Positions 23,801 through 33,196 of a stretch of DNA of 33,196 nt are shown here, piece after piece. Positions within the stretch are counted from its first letter, which is position 1. Each line of letters starts with the position of its first letter. The DNA is from Pseudomonadota bacterium (GTDB lineage Bacteria > Bdellovibrionota > FAC87 > UBA2466): positions 1 through 33,196 of the forward strand of contig JAYUGC010000079.1 of assembly GCA_043767805.1 (NCBI GenBank), given 5' to 3'. The translations under genes were made by a program, and so were the position numbers. A model generated the notes under the pieces. It was not told where the DNA came from and did not search any database. It worked only from the letters and a program-made list of their open reading frames with translations.

Positions 23801-26041
23801 CTAACTCGACTTCTTCTGAACGCGCTCGACCATGATGACGCCCGGGACACCTTCCAAAGTGGAGATGACCTGTTTCAGCTGATTCAAGTTAGAAATGGAG
23901 ACGGTGAAATGGCAAACGGCCTTTTTGTCTCGGGTGGTGCCGATCTGAGCGCGGGTGATGTTCACCTTTTGCTCTTTTAAGAGCTGGCTCATGTCGGCGA
24001 GAAGTCCGGAGCGATCTTCGCAAACGATGCGGATGCGGGCGCTACGGTTTTCCTTAGACGAGAGGTCCCACTCGATCTCGACCAAGCGGTGCGGATCGGA
24101 ATCGAAAATCTTGGTGCAGTTACGGCTGTGGACGCTGATGCCGCGGCCGCGGGTGATAAAGCCCGTCACCGGATCGCCGGGGACCGGATTGCAGCAACGG
24201 GCGAAGCGCACGAGAAGATCCTCGACGCCTTTGACTTTGACGACATGGCGCTCGGGACTTTGAGTTTTCGCGGCCTGGAAGAAGCGCTGAAGCATGCCCG
24301 GCTTCTTCTCTTCCTCGTCTTTCTCCTTTTCTTTGTCCTTATCTTTCTCTTTCGGCGTGAGCTTGGTCACGACCTTAGTGGGCGAGATCTTGCCGTAGCC
24401 CACGGCGCTCATGAGATCTTGCACGGTGCGGAAGGAAAAACCTTCGGCGATCTTCAAAAGCGTTCCGTCTTTAATCAAATCTTTCAGCTTCAAGTGAAGC
24501 CGCTTGAACTCTTTATCCAAAATCATCTCGCCGGAAGCGAGCGACCGCTCGTGCTCGACCTGCTTGATGAAGTTGCGGATCTTGTTCTTCGCGCGGCCCG
24601 TTTTGACGATTTTGAGCCAGTCTTTGTTCGGCGTCTGATTCGGAGAGGTGAGGATCTCGAGGGTATCGCCGCTCTTCATCTTATACTTCAGCGGCACCAT
24701 CCGGTTATTCACCTTAGCGCCGATGCAGCGATTACCCAAATCGGTATGAATCGTATAGGCAAAGTCTAGCGGCGTGGCACCTTGAGGAAACTCCATGACT
24801 TGGCCCTTTGGCGTAAAGACGTAGACCTCTTCGGAAAAGAGATCGAGCTTCACGGATTCCAAGAACTCGTTGGGATCGCCCAAGTCCTGGTTCGCTTCGA
24901 CCAAGCGAGAGAGCCATTTGAAGCGCTCGAGATCGCGCGTATTGGAAGTTCCTTCCTTATAGGCCCAGTGGGCTGCGATACCGCGCTCGGCGGTGTCGTG
25001 CATCTGGCGGGTGCGGATTTGAAACTCCACCTTTTCGCCCTGGGGCCCGACTACCGTCGTATGGAGCGACTGATAGAAGTTCGCTTTCGGAATGGCGATG
25101 TAATCCTTGAAACGCCCCGGTACGGGCGTCCAGAGCGAATGGATGAGCCCCAGGCAGCCGTAGCACTGCTCCACCGACTCCACGATGATGCGAAAGCCTG
25201 TGATGTCGAAAACCTGATCGTAGGAAAGGTTACGCTTCTCCATCTTCTGATGAATGCTGTAAAAATGCTTCGGGCGCCCGGTGACCTGAGCCGAGGTGTA
25301 GCTGTGCGATTGTAGCGCGGACTGCACCATCGCTTGCACGTCTTTCACGTAGTCTTGGCGCTCTTGGAGGCGTTTTTCGACAAGCGCCACGAGCTTGAAA
25401 TAGATCTCGGGCTTCATGTAGCGGAGCGAAAGATCTTCTAGCTCGCGCTTCATGGAAGAAAGGCCCAGGCGATTAGCGAGAGGGCCGTAAATTTCCAAAG
25501 TCTCTTGGGCAATCTGCGCTTGCTTCTCCGGCTTCATGTGCTGAAGCGTGCGCATGTTGTGAAGCCGGTCGGCGAGCTTCACGAGAATCACGCGAAGGTC
25601 TTTGGCCATGGCCAGAATCATCTTGCGGAAGTTTTCCGCCTGTTTCTCCTCGCTCGTCTTGAAAGTCATTTTGGAGAGTTTCGTCACCCCGTCGACGAGG
25701 GCGGCGATCTCGATGCCAAAGTGCGCTTGAATCTCTTCTAGAGTCGCGTGGGTGTCTTCCACGGTGTCGTGCAAGAGTCCGGTGACGATGGTGGCGGTAT
25801 CGAGCTGATAGTCGGCAAGTACCGTCGCGACTCCGACAGGATGAATGAGATACGGCTCGCCGCTTTTTCGCTTCTGATCCTTATGCGCTTCCATCGTGAA
25901 GCGATAGGCTTTGGTGATGAGGGCGAGGTCAGCCTTGGAGTTGTGCTTGGTGACCGAGGTAAGTAGATCGGTGAGGAGCGGATCGAGATCCGCTTGGTCG
26001 TCTGCGGTATCCACTGGTGGCGGTGGCGGCACCAGTTTCAA
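23801..26041 (-). CDS. rel: Bifunctional (p)ppGpp synthetase/hydrolase Rel (long RSH)
   Basis: RKSGEPY..HP, intact LHDTVED hydrolase motif, VKLADRLHNMR, GRPKH, RFKDY, YQSLHT, TGS (VFTPKG..P.GATPLDFAY), CCNPVPGD, ACT domain. Start placed at TTG 26041 (AAGGAG 5 nt upstream, overlaps gmk stop). Confidence 0.95.
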   Translation of the reverse strand: MKLVPPPPPVDTADDQADLDPLLTDLLTSVTKHNSKADLALITKAYRFTMEAHKDQKRKSGEPYLIHPVGVATVLADYQLDTATIVTGLLHDTVEDTHATLEEIQAHFGIEIAALVDGVTKLSKMTFKTSEEKQAENFRKMILAMAKDLRVILVKLADRLHNMRTLQHMKPEKQAQIAQETLEIYGPLANRLGLSSMKRELEDLSLRYMKPEIYFKLVALVEKRLQERQDYVKDVQAMVQSALQSHSYTSAQVTGRPKHFYSIHQKMEKRNLSYDQVFDITGFRIIVESVEQCYGCLGLIHSLWTPVPGRFKDYIAIPKANFYQSLHTTVVGPQGEKVEFQIRTRQMHDTAERGIAAHWAYKEGTSNTRDLERFKWLSRLVEANQDLGDPNEFLESVKLDLFSEEVYVFTPKGQVMEFPQGATPLDFAYTIHTDLGNRCIGAKVNNRMVPLKYKMKSGDTLEILTSPNQTPNKDWLKIVKTGRAKNKIRNFIKQVEHERSLASGEMILDKEFKRLHLKLKDLIKDGTLLKIAEGFSFRTVQDLMSAVGYGKISPTKVVTKLTPKEKDKDKEKEKDEEEKKPGMLQRFFQAAKTQSPERHVVKVKGVEDLLVRFARCCNPVPGDPVTGFITRGRGISVHSRNCTKIFDSDPHRLVEIEWDLSSKENRSARIRIVCEDRSGLLADMSQLLKEQKVNITRAQIGTTRDKKAVCHFTVSISNLNQLKQVISTLEGVPGVIMVERVQKKSS

Positions 26042-26616
26042 GGACACTCCTTCTGGATAATTCGGCTTAACTCCTGAAAGGTTTGGTTTAAATCGTCGTT
26101 CACCAGGCGGTGGTCGAATTTCTCGCTCCACCCAAGCTCAGTGTAGGCATTTTGGAGGCGGGTTTCAATAGAGTGGCTGGGGTCGCTGCCCCGCTCCCGG
26201 AGCCGCTTTTCGAGGGTCTCCATGTTCGGAGGCAGGATGAAGATGAGCAGCGTCCGCGTGCCGTAGACTCCGCGGAGGGTCATCGCCCCCTGGTAATCGA
26301 TGTCGAAAAGGACGTGGTTTCCCTTGGCGAGGGCATCCTCGATGGTGCTTTTCGAAATTCCGTAGCGATTGCCGTGCACTTCCGCCCATTCGGCGAAATC
26401 ACCGTGGTCGATCTTTTCCTGAAAGCGAGCGGGGGTGATGAAGTGATAGCTGACTCCGTCGATTTCAGACGGACGTCGCCGTCGTGTCGTCGTCGAGATG
26501 GAGCGAACGATGTTCGGAAAGCTCACTAAGATCATGCGGCAAAGCGTCGTCTTGCCGCCGCCACTGGGAGCGGAGAGCACGATGAGCTTCGATTGTTTTG
26601 GCGCTTTAGGAGACAA
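26038..26616 (-). CDS. gmk: Guanylate kinase
   Basis: SAPSGGGKTT P-loop, SISTTTR..R..EIDGVSYHF, EWAEVHGNRYG, FILPP. Confidence 0.96.
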   Translation of the reverse strand: MSPKAPKQSKLIVLSAPSGGGKTTLCRMILVSFPNIVRSISTTTRRRRPSEIDGVSYHFITPARFQEKIDHGDFAEWAEVHGNRYGISKSTIEDALAKGNHVLFDIDYQGAMTLRGVYGTRTLLIFILPPNMETLEKRLRERGSDPSHSIETRLQNAYTELGWSEKFDHRLVNDDLNQTFQELSRIIQKECP

Positions 26617-26944
26617 ACTCTCCGTCCTCCCATTCGACCCGGGCCGGATCCGTCCACATCCCGCCTTCTTCCTGGACGCGATCTTGAAGCGTCGCCGGGG
26701 CGAGGGCGGAGAGGATGACGTGGTTGGAATCGGTGACGACGAGCGAGCGGGTTTTGCGGCCCGCGGTGGCGTCGACGAGATGATTGAGTTCGCCCGCTTT
26801 TTCGCGCAGCCGCTTCATGGGAAGTGAGCCGCATTCCAAAATGGCGATGATTCGGCTGCTCACGATGAAGTTCCCGTGACCTACGTTGATAGTAGCCGGC
26901 GCACTGCGCCCAACCCCAGGTAATCCTCTCAACTTATTCGACAT
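26606..26944 (-). CDS. remA: RemA/DUF370 family regulator
   Basis: INVGHGNFIVSSRIIAI...LVDATAGRKTRSLVVTDSNHVILSAL; canonical position between yicC and gmk. Confidence 0.9.
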   Translation of the reverse strand: MSNKLRGLPGVGRSAPATINVGHGNFIVSSRIIAILECGSLPMKRLREKAGELNHLVDATAGRKTRSLVVTDSNHVILSALAPATLQDRVQEEGGMWTDPARVEWEDGEFVS

Positions 26945-27818
26945 TCTGAGCCTGTTCCCTTAGCTTCTCGATCTTTTGTTTTCCGTCGACCGTCAGGCGA
27001 GTCAATTCGAGCGACGCGGCCTTCGCTCCCATGGTGTTTACCTCACGGTGCATTTCCTGGGTGAGAAAATCGAGCTTACGGCCCACGCTGCCTTTGTCGT
27101 CCAAAAGCGCCTCGAAAGCCTGAGCGTGGGATTTGAGCCGATCGATCTCTTCCGTGATGTCCGAGCGCTCGGCGAAATAAGCAATTTCCCATTCGAGACG
27201 CTGAGCGTCGGAAGGCCCCGTCATGCCCCATTGGGCGATGCGGGCCTGAAGCTTTTCGCGTACGAGCCGCGGGTGATCGGCGGCGACTCGAAGGCACTGC
27301 ACGGCGAGCTCGGCGACTTCCTTGGCGCCGGTCCGCAAGACTTCGGCGAGCTTTTGCCCCTCGCTCTGGCGCATGGTGGCCACGCCCTGGCTCGCGGTGA
27401 GCGCGAGCTTTTTCAGCGCTTCCCAATGAGACGTGTCGTCTTGGGCTTCATCGACGGGAACGAAAATACGATTGGTCGCTACCATGGCCTCGATCGTCGG
27501 GGTGAGAGTCAGGTTCAGCTTTTTGGAGAGATGCTGACACGCTTCCACGAAGGTTTGCGCGGCCATTTCGTCCGCTTGCAGACGGGTGCCGGCGACGGCT
27601 CCCGAAGCGAGTGGCGCTTGGCGCAAGACCGCATCCACGCTGCCGCGCTCGAACTTTTCTTTCAGCAAGTCAGTGAGTCTCGGCTCGAAGGCGGTGAAGC
27701 CCGAGGGCAGGCGAAAACGCAAATCAAGATAGCGGTGGTTCACCGCTTTCATTTCAAAGGTGAACCGCTGGCCGCCGATGGCGCCTTCACTACGGCCGAA
27801 GCCGGTCATCGAGCGCAT
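26934..27818 (-). CDS. yicC: YicC/YloC family endoribonuclease
   Basis: MRSMTGFGR, VNHRYLD, DITEEIDRL, GRKLDFLTQEMHREVNT, EKLREQAQNVE. Confidence 0.95.
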   Translation of the reverse strand: MRSMTGFGRSEGAIGGQRFTFEMKAVNHRYLDLRFRLPSGFTAFEPRLTDLLKEKFERGSVDAVLRQAPLASGAVAGTRLQADEMAAQTFVEACQHLSKKLNLTLTPTIEAMVATNRIFVPVDEAQDDTSHWEALKKLALTASQGVATMRQSEGQKLAEVLRTGAKEVAELAVQCLRVAADHPRLVREKLQARIAQWGMTGPSDAQRLEWEIAYFAERSDITEEIDRLKSHAQAFEALLDDKGSVGRKLDFLTQEMHREVNTMGAKAASLELTRLTVDGKQKIEKLREQAQNVE

Positions 27819-28768
27819 TAAGCCGTCCCTTCGAGTACGTGAGTCAAGTTTTCCACTTCCTTCTGCACGCGCGGAAGGTCTCTGGAATCGATGAACCGAA
27901 GCTCGGCGTCGCTTCTCACCCAGGTGAGCTGGCGCTTGGCGAGCTGGCGGGTCTTTTCGATAATCTCATTGCGAAGCTGTTTCTCGGTGAGCTTCTTATC
28001 CAAAAATTGCATGCACTCCGAGTAGCCGATGCTCTGCAAAGCCCGCGCGCGAGGCCACTCGGCTTTCAAATTTTCCGTCTCTTTCGCGAGCCCGCTCAGC
28101 AGCATCTTCTCGGTGCGGGTGACGATGTTTTGATTGAGCGTGTGGCGAGAGAGCGCGACGGCGTACTTCAGCCAGAGGCGATCGGCCTGATTGGGAGAAA
28201 GCGGCACGGGCTTAAGCTGGCTCGGCAGCTCACCGGTGGTGCGAATGACGGCCAGTGCGCGGAGCAGGCGGTACTTGTCGTTTGGATGAATCTTTTCGGC
28301 GGCAGCCGGGTCCTTGCTTTTCAGCTCCGCGTGCATCCTCGCGGTGTTGGTGACTTCTTCCTCGAAGAACTCGGCTTCGATTGAGTCGATGACTTCTGCC
28401 GGAATGACGGGCGTTGGGTACATGCCGAACTGAAGCGCGCGCAAATAAAAATAAGTGCCGCCCGTCACGATGGGTATCTTGCCGCGGCCGTGGATCTCGG
28501 AGACGCACGCTTCGGCGCGCTCGACGAAGTGGCCCGCGGAAAACGGATCTTCGGGATCCAAAATATCCAGAAGGTGATGCGGAACTGCGATCTGCTCGTC
28601 GGGAGTGGGCTTACTGGTCCCGATATTAAAGCCACGGTAAACCGTGGTGGAATCCATGCAGATGATTTCCCCGCCGATGGCGCGGGCGATGTCGATGGCG
28701 ATCTTCGTCTTTCCCGAGGCCGTCGGACCGACGAGGGCGAGGGCTAATCTCCGTGTGCTCATGGGCAT
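27818..28768 (-). CDS. miaA: tRNA dimethylallyltransferase
   Basis: GPTASGKT, EIICMDS..VYRGFNIGTSKP, PHHLLD, GGTYFY, SIGYSE, TRQLAKRQLTW. Start probably ATG 28768 or 28762, just after the mutL stop. Confidence 0.95.
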   Translation of the reverse strand: MPMSTRRLALALVGPTASGKTKIAIDIARAIGGEIICMDSTTVYRGFNIGTSKPTPDEQIAVPHHLLDILDPEDPFSAGHFVERAEACVSEIHGRGKIPIVTGGTYFYLRALQFGMYPTPVIPAEVIDSIEAEFFEEEVTNTARMHAELKSKDPAAAEKIHPNDKYRLLRALAVIRTTGELPSQLKPVPLSPNQADRLWLKYAVALSRHTLNQNIVTRTEKMLLSGLAKETENLKAEWPRARALQSIGYSECMQFLDKKLTEKQLRNEIIEKTRQLAKRQLTWVRSDAELRFIDSRDLPRVQKEVENLTHVLEGTA

Positions 28769-28772
28769 CAGG

Positions 28773-30581
28773 TTAAACCCTTTCAAAGTGTTTCTCAATT
28801 GCGGGGAACCCAACGCGCAGGAGGACCGGCCGTCCGTGGGGACAGGTCCATCCTTCTTCGAGGCGAGTCAAACCCGAGAGCAGCGCTTCCGCTTCCCGCG
28901 GGCTCAACGCTTGTCCGAAGCGCACGACGGAATGACACGCAATCGTCGCAAAAGTCTTATGAAGGGCTCGCTCCACGACTTCGGGAGAAGAGTCGGGCGC
29001 TTCGCGTAAAGCTTCGAGCACAGTGCGCACGACCTCTTCAAGGCGCGCTTCCGGAATGAGCGTGGGCCGCGCTTTGACCGCGACATCGCCGTTACCGAAC
29101 GATTCCAATTCGAAGCCGAGCTCGGTGAGGAGCGTGCGGTGCTCATCCGCGACGGCTTCCAGCGCGCCATCGAGTTTCAAGATTTTCGGAACGAGCAGGC
29201 GCTGCACGGACATCGCGCCCGAACGGTGCGCGTTTCTGAGCCGCTCGAACTCCATCTTTTCATGCAAAGCGTGCTGGTCGACGATGACGATTCCCGTCTC
29301 GTCCTCGCAAAGGAGATAGGCGGCCTTGGCTTGTCCCAAGTAACGAAGGCGGGGGCCGGTCGCCGGAGCCAGCGTGGGAGCGGGTGCGCTCACCGAAGGC
29401 ATGGCCGACGGCGACGGGCGTTCGGGTGACATCAGGGTATCAACGTTCAAAAAATCATCGGCGAGAGCCGGTTGGGAGCGGTACACGGTAACCGGCGTTT
29501 CCGGGGCCGATGGAGTCGCCTGAGAGAAGTTTTGCGCCGGCGCGGGAAGCATTTCCCGAACGGAGGTCGACTGGCTGATGGCCTTTCTCAAGGAAGCTCT
29601 AAGCCAGCTGTAGATCCGCTCTTGCCGCAGACAGCGCACTTCGAGCTTTTGGGGATGCACGTTCACGTCGACCCAGTCGGGCCGGATATCCAAATACACC
29701 GCGCCCGCGGGCTCATGGCCCGGGCCGAGCGTATCGAGGTACGCGTTGCGAACCGCGGAGAGAAGCGCCCGGTTTCTCACCGACCGCGCATTGACGAAAA
29801 GCGAAAGTTCGCCCCGGCTTTGCCTGACAGAAGGAGGCGAGAGAAAGACTTCGAGCTCCATGTCGTCCACGGTCTCGATCAGGTGGAGCGGCTCCCAATT
29901 CGGCCGAAACACTTCACGGAAACGCGCTTCGCGTGTCCCATTCACGTACTCATGCACGAGGCGTCCGTTATGGCGCAAAAAGAACTTCGCTTGGGGAGCG
30001 CCGAGCGCCAGCTCACGGATCATCTGCGCCGCATGAGAGAACTCCGTGCTGCCCGAGCGCAGATATTTCTGACGCGCCGGAAGCTCGGCAAAAAGCTTGC
30101 GAACGCTGACCGAAGTGCCGACCGGACCCGACGCGGGCTTCGGCTCTCCCTGAGCGTATCCGTAACTAAGAGTAATCGCGTGCGCCTGATCGGCTTTCGG
30201 CGTGCGGCTCTTCAGCTCCACCTCCGCAACCGACACCAGACTCGCCAAGGCTTCTCCGCGAAACCCGTAGGTGTTCAGCTTTTCGAGGTCGGTAATTTCA
30301 CCGAGCTTACTCGTGCTGTGGCGCTCGACGGCGAGGGCCAGCTCGTCCGGCGGAATGCCGTGGCCATCGTCCACAATGGTGATCTCTTCCTTGCCGCCAT
30401 CGCCCAAAAGAATGTCGATGCGAGAAGCGCCCGCATCGAGACCGTTCTCGACCAGTTCCTTAACCACGCTGGACGGCCGTTCAATCACTTCGCCGGCGGC
30501 GATTTGGTTGATGAGCGTTTCATCCAAACGCCGGATGGGACGGCGCGAGTCGGCGTGAGAAGTCGAAATGGTGGGAGTCAT
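28773..30581 (-). CDS. mutL: DNA mismatch repair endonuclease MutL
   Basis: IAAGEVIERP.SVVKELVEN, GFRGEALAS, VDVNVHPQK; C-terminal DQHALHE, ACH, CPHGRP endonuclease motifs. Confidence 0.97.
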   Translation of the reverse strand: MTPTISTSHADSRRPIRRLDETLINQIAAGEVIERPSSVVKELVENGLDAGASRIDILLGDGGKEEITIVDDGHGIPPDELALAVERHSTSKLGEITDLEKLNTYGFRGEALASLVSVAEVELKSRTPKADQAHAITLSYGYAQGEPKPASGPVGTSVSVRKLFAELPARQKYLRSGSTEFSHAAQMIRELALGAPQAKFFLRHNGRLVHEYVNGTREARFREVFRPNWEPLHLIETVDDMELEVFLSPPSVRQSRGELSLFVNARSVRNRALLSAVRNAYLDTLGPGHEPAGAVYLDIRPDWVDVNVHPQKLEVRCLRQERIYSWLRASLRKAISQSTSVREMLPAPAQNFSQATPSAPETPVTVYRSQPALADDFLNVDTLMSPERPSPSAMPSVSAPAPTLAPATGPRLRYLGQAKAAYLLCEDETGIVIVDQHALHEKMEFERLRNAHRSGAMSVQRLLVPKILKLDGALEAVADEHRTLLTELGFELESFGNGDVAVKARPTLIPEARLEEVVRTVLEALREAPDSSPEVVERALHKTFATIACHSVVRFGQALSPREAEALLSGLTRLEEGWTCPHGRPVLLRVGFPAIEKHFERV

Positions 30582-30833
30582 AAAGAGGCAGAAGATACAG
30601 TTCGTTCGAGGGGAGCGTCAAACGCCCTAGGCACGGGAGGTGTACAACTCGAATACACCGGTGTTCATTTCTTGGACACCCATGGAATAGAACGTGATTA
30701 CCGTAGGTTAGAGGTCCCATTTTGTGCCTGGTTGAGGGGGTGTCCAATGATTCGACACTGATGACGCTAGGCGCATTTCAATCCCTTTGCGCTAGAGCGG
30801 TGAAATCGCGGAGTTTCCGCCGTATACCGCCGG

Positions 30834-30850
30834 TTGGCATAGGGGTTGCT
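30834..30850 (+). promoter_or_regulatory. Sigma54 -24/-12 promoter for the hypothetical gene at 30899
   Basis: TTGGCATAGGGGTTGCT, GG-N10-GC with near-consensus flanks. Confidence 0.7.
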
Positions 30851-30898
30851 CATGTGGAATCCGCCCAAAGAGAGAGGGGCCACTTCACGAGGTCCTAG

Positions 30899-31453
30899 GT
30901 GCCTGACTGGGGAAAAATCATAGCGCTTTATACGTTGGTGGCTGCCGCGGCTTTTGGCCGGCTGGCTTTCCCCGCCGAGAAAGCTGCCTTCTCCGCGGAT
31001 CAGATCAATCTCTCCGGGGATTATCTGCACCGGCCCATCGTCGCCGATGTGTACGCCGACGTTAAGTCGCCTTCCTTCAAAAAGCTATGGATTCAGCTCG
31101 CGACGTTTCGGTACGCTCGGCTAATCGTTGTCGGCCGGGACGAAGTAAAAGTCCGCGCCGAGCTAGCGAAGCTGCGAGACGAGCACCACGGCTTGATGAT
31201 GAATCGCAACGGCACGGGGCAGATGGACGACTCAGTGGAGCGTTCTCACGGTACCTCGGGCTGGTCGATGTCCCTCACGCAAAACATCGCGCGCCAAGCG
31301 GATCTCCGCGCGCGCCTCGAGCGCACCGCCGGTCGTTGGGATGCGGCCCATCCCCTCGCTCTGCGCTTCAAGATGCGTCGGGGCAAAAAGATTTTAGTCC
31401 GTCTGATGTTACCTAGTGTGCGTGTTGATTTGGAGCACGTCGCACACCGGTAA
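30899..31453 (+). CDS. Hypothetical protein (184 aa) with N-terminal hydrophobic segment
   Basis: Only substantial + ORF in the gap; preceded by a sigma54-like promoter; no family recognised. Confidence 0.55.
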   Translation: MPDWGKIIALYTLVAAAAFGRLAFPAEKAAFSADQINLSGDYLHRPIVADVYADVKSPSFKKLWIQLATFRYARLIVVGRDEVKVRAELAKLRDEHHGLMMNRNGTGQMDDSVERSHGTSGWSMSLTQNIARQADLRARLERTAGRWDAAHPLALRFKMRRGKKILVRLMLPSVRVDLEHVAHR

Positions 31454-31741
31454 CGTTCCGACGTAGACGAGGTTTCAGGGTAAACAATTTGGGGTAATGG
31501 GGGCGGGCAGGGCGTTGCTCGCGCTTTGCCGAAGCCAGCTCGGGCGCGGTAATCGAAAAACCGAGGTCGGGCGATTTGCTGGGAAGCGAGAGACTCAGGT
31601 CCCCCAAAAACGTAGTGGCAGTTTCCCTGCCCTGCATGGAACGATTATAGCGTAAGGACCTCCCCGGTCGGAGCGCGGGACCAAATGGGCAATAGGGAAG
31701 TCCTGTGATATAGCCTCTGAAACCAAAGGATTGCTTCAACT

Positions 31742-32806
31742 ATGTCAGTGGCTGTTGTGACCGGGTCTTCGGGACTCGTGGGTAGTGAGACCGTCTCCTT
31801 TTTGCTCGCAAAAGGACTGCAAGTCGTCGGCATCGACAACGACATGCGGGCCTATTTTTTCGGGACCGGCGCGTCCACCAGCTGGAACACAGCCCGTCTC
31901 AAAAAACTCGAGAATTTCACTTCGGTCTCGGCCGACATCCGCGACGAGTCCGCCATCTCCCGTGTTTTTTCGGAATTAGGGACAAATCTTTCTCTTGTCG
32001 TGCACACGGCCGCGCAACCGAGTCACGACTGGGCGGCTCGCGAGCCCCTCACCGATTTTTCCGTAAACGCCACTGGCACTTTGATTCTCCTCGAGGCGAC
32101 ACGCCGGCACGCCCCCGACGCGACTTTCATTTTTACTTCGACGAACAAAGTCTACGGAGACACTCCGAACCACCTTCCCTTGGTGGAAAAGGAAATGCGC
32201 TATGAAGTCGATCCGTCGCACCCCTACGCGACTCACGGGATCGATGAACAGATGACCTTGGACCAGTCGAAGCACAGCCTCTTCGGAGCCAGTAAAGTCG
32301 CCGCGGATATTCTCGTTCAGGAATATGGACGCTACTTCGGCATGAAGACGGGCGTCTTCCGAGGCGGTTGCCTAACCGGGCCGGCCCATAGCGGAGCCGA
32401 GCTCCATGGCTTTCTGGCTTACCTGGTGGAATGCGTGGTGAAGGAAAAACCGTACCGAGTCATCGGTTACAAGGGTAAGCAAGTCCGGGACAACATCCAC
32501 TCCTTCGATTTAGTAAACGCCTTCTGGAGCTTCTTTCAGAACCCGAGGCCCGCGGCCGTCTACAACATGGGAGGCTCGCGGCACAGTAACTGCTCCGTGC
32601 TGGAGGCCATCTCCCTCATTCAGAAAATCGCGGGAAAATCTCTCTCGTTTACTGTCGAAGAAACCTCTCGCTCCGGGGATCACATTTGGTGGGTGAGCGA
32701 CGTTCGTAAGTTTCAGCAGCACTATCCAGATTGGGAGTACCGTTACGATTTGAACGCCATTCTCTCCGAAATGGTAGCCGCGGCCGGGGAGCGCAGGCCC
32801 GCATGA
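31742..32806 (+). CDS. NAD-dependent epimerase/dehydratase, CDP-paratose 2-epimerase (RfbE)-like
   Basis: [49 protein letters not shown]. Confidence 0.9.
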   Translation: MSVAVVTGSSGLVGSETVSFLLAKGLQVVGIDNDMRAYFFGTGASTSWNTARLKKLENFTSVSADIRDESAISRVFSELGTNLSLVVHTAAQPSHDWAAREPLTDFSVNATGTLILLEATRRHAPDATFIFTSTNKVYGDTPNHLPLVEKEMRYEVDPSHPYATHGIDEQMTLDQSKHSLFGASKVAADILVQEYGRYFGMKTGVFRGGCLTGPAHSGAELHGFLAYLVECVVKEKPYRVIGYKGKQVRDNIHSFDLVNAFWSFFQNPRPAAVYNMGGSRHSNCSVLEAISLIQKIAGKSLSFTVEETSRSGDHIWWVSDVRKFQQHYPDWEYRYDLNAILSEMVAAAGERRPA

Positions 32807-33196
32807 TGCTTTCCGTCGTCATCCCCGCCTGTAACGAGCAAAACGGCATCAGCGAGACGGTGACCGCCCTTTCGGCCCACCTCGAAAAATCCGCGATTCC
32901 CCACGAAATCCTCGTCGTGAACGACGGCTCGACGGACGAGACCGCCCGGGTGCTCTCGGAGCTCCAAGCCAAGGTGCCCAGCTTGCGCGCCCTCGATAAT
33001 CCCGCGCCTCATGGCTTCGGCCATGCGGTTCGTAAAGGACTCGATCATTTCAAAGGGGACGCGGTTGCCGTGTACATGGCCGATGCTTCCGATAGTCCCG
33101 AAGATCTCGTTCGCTTCTATCGCGCTCTGCTCGAGAAGAACGTCGATTGTGTTTTCGGCACGCGTTTTTCCCGGGCGTCGAAAGTAGTCGACTACC
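32803..33196 (+). CDS. GT2 family glycosyltransferase (DPM-synthase-like), 3' truncated by window edge
   Basis: My translation: [13 protein letters not shown]...[13 protein letters not shown]...GFGHAVRKG...[12 protein letters not shown]...VFGTRF; ATGA overlap with the epimerase stop. Absent from the ORF track because it has no stop in the window. Confidence 0.9.
   Translation, partial: MMLSVVIPACNEQNGISETVTALSAHLEKSAIPHEILVVNDGSTDETARVLSELQAKVPSLRALDNPAPHGFGHAVRKGLDHFKGDAVAVYMADASDSPEDLVRFYRALLEKNVDCVFGTRFSRASKVVDY

Noticed and set aside
26042..26131. Longer Rel start at 26131, or a hidden rpoZ
   Set aside because: Lies inside gmk; no omega-like sequence; TTG 26041 has a good RBS.
29472..30761. 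429-aa ORF antisense to mutL
   Set aside because: Shadow of a conserved gene in GC-rich DNA; no recognisable motifs. The same applies to 26976-27821, 1550-2440, 16608-17462, 10103-10891 and 18446-19234.
31616..31631. Possible sigma54 site TGGCAGTTTCCCTGCC upstream of the epimerase
   Set aside because: Spacing is right but the -12 element is weak (CTGC) and no matching enhancer palindromes were seen.

Overview
GC-rich bacterial chromosomal window. A Bdellovibrionota/deltaproteobacterial-type host is my inference from gene content only. Left end: a carotenoid operon with a truncated crtY, a crtE-like prenyltransferase, a single-ORF CrtI-CrtB fusion, and a translationally coupled unknown membrane protein with a duplicated D-x3-H-x12-E-x3-H motif. 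Middle: accessory and secreted-protein genes (7xIPT/TIG plus 7-repeat propeller lipoprotein, EVE protein, Gly/Tyr-rich secreted protein, thioredoxin-NHL protein, membrane-fused spermidine-synthase-like protein, clan CD cysteine peptidase, Slt, S8 protease, two divergent GT-C-like genes) and tRNA-Ser(CGA) with a highly structured 3' trailer. Right: a housekeeping operon mutL-miaA-yicC-remA-gmk-rel (no hfq, no rpoZ), a hypothetical gene and the start of a polysaccharide operon. Best leads: the crtIB fusion with its candidate new metal-binding carotenoid enzyme, a candidate anti-Shine-Dalgarno sRNA behind the tRNA, and sigma54 promoters sharing a TGTY-N9-RAC enhancer-like motif. No CRISPR array, integrase or transposase was seen. 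All calls come from reading motifs by eye; no database searches were run.
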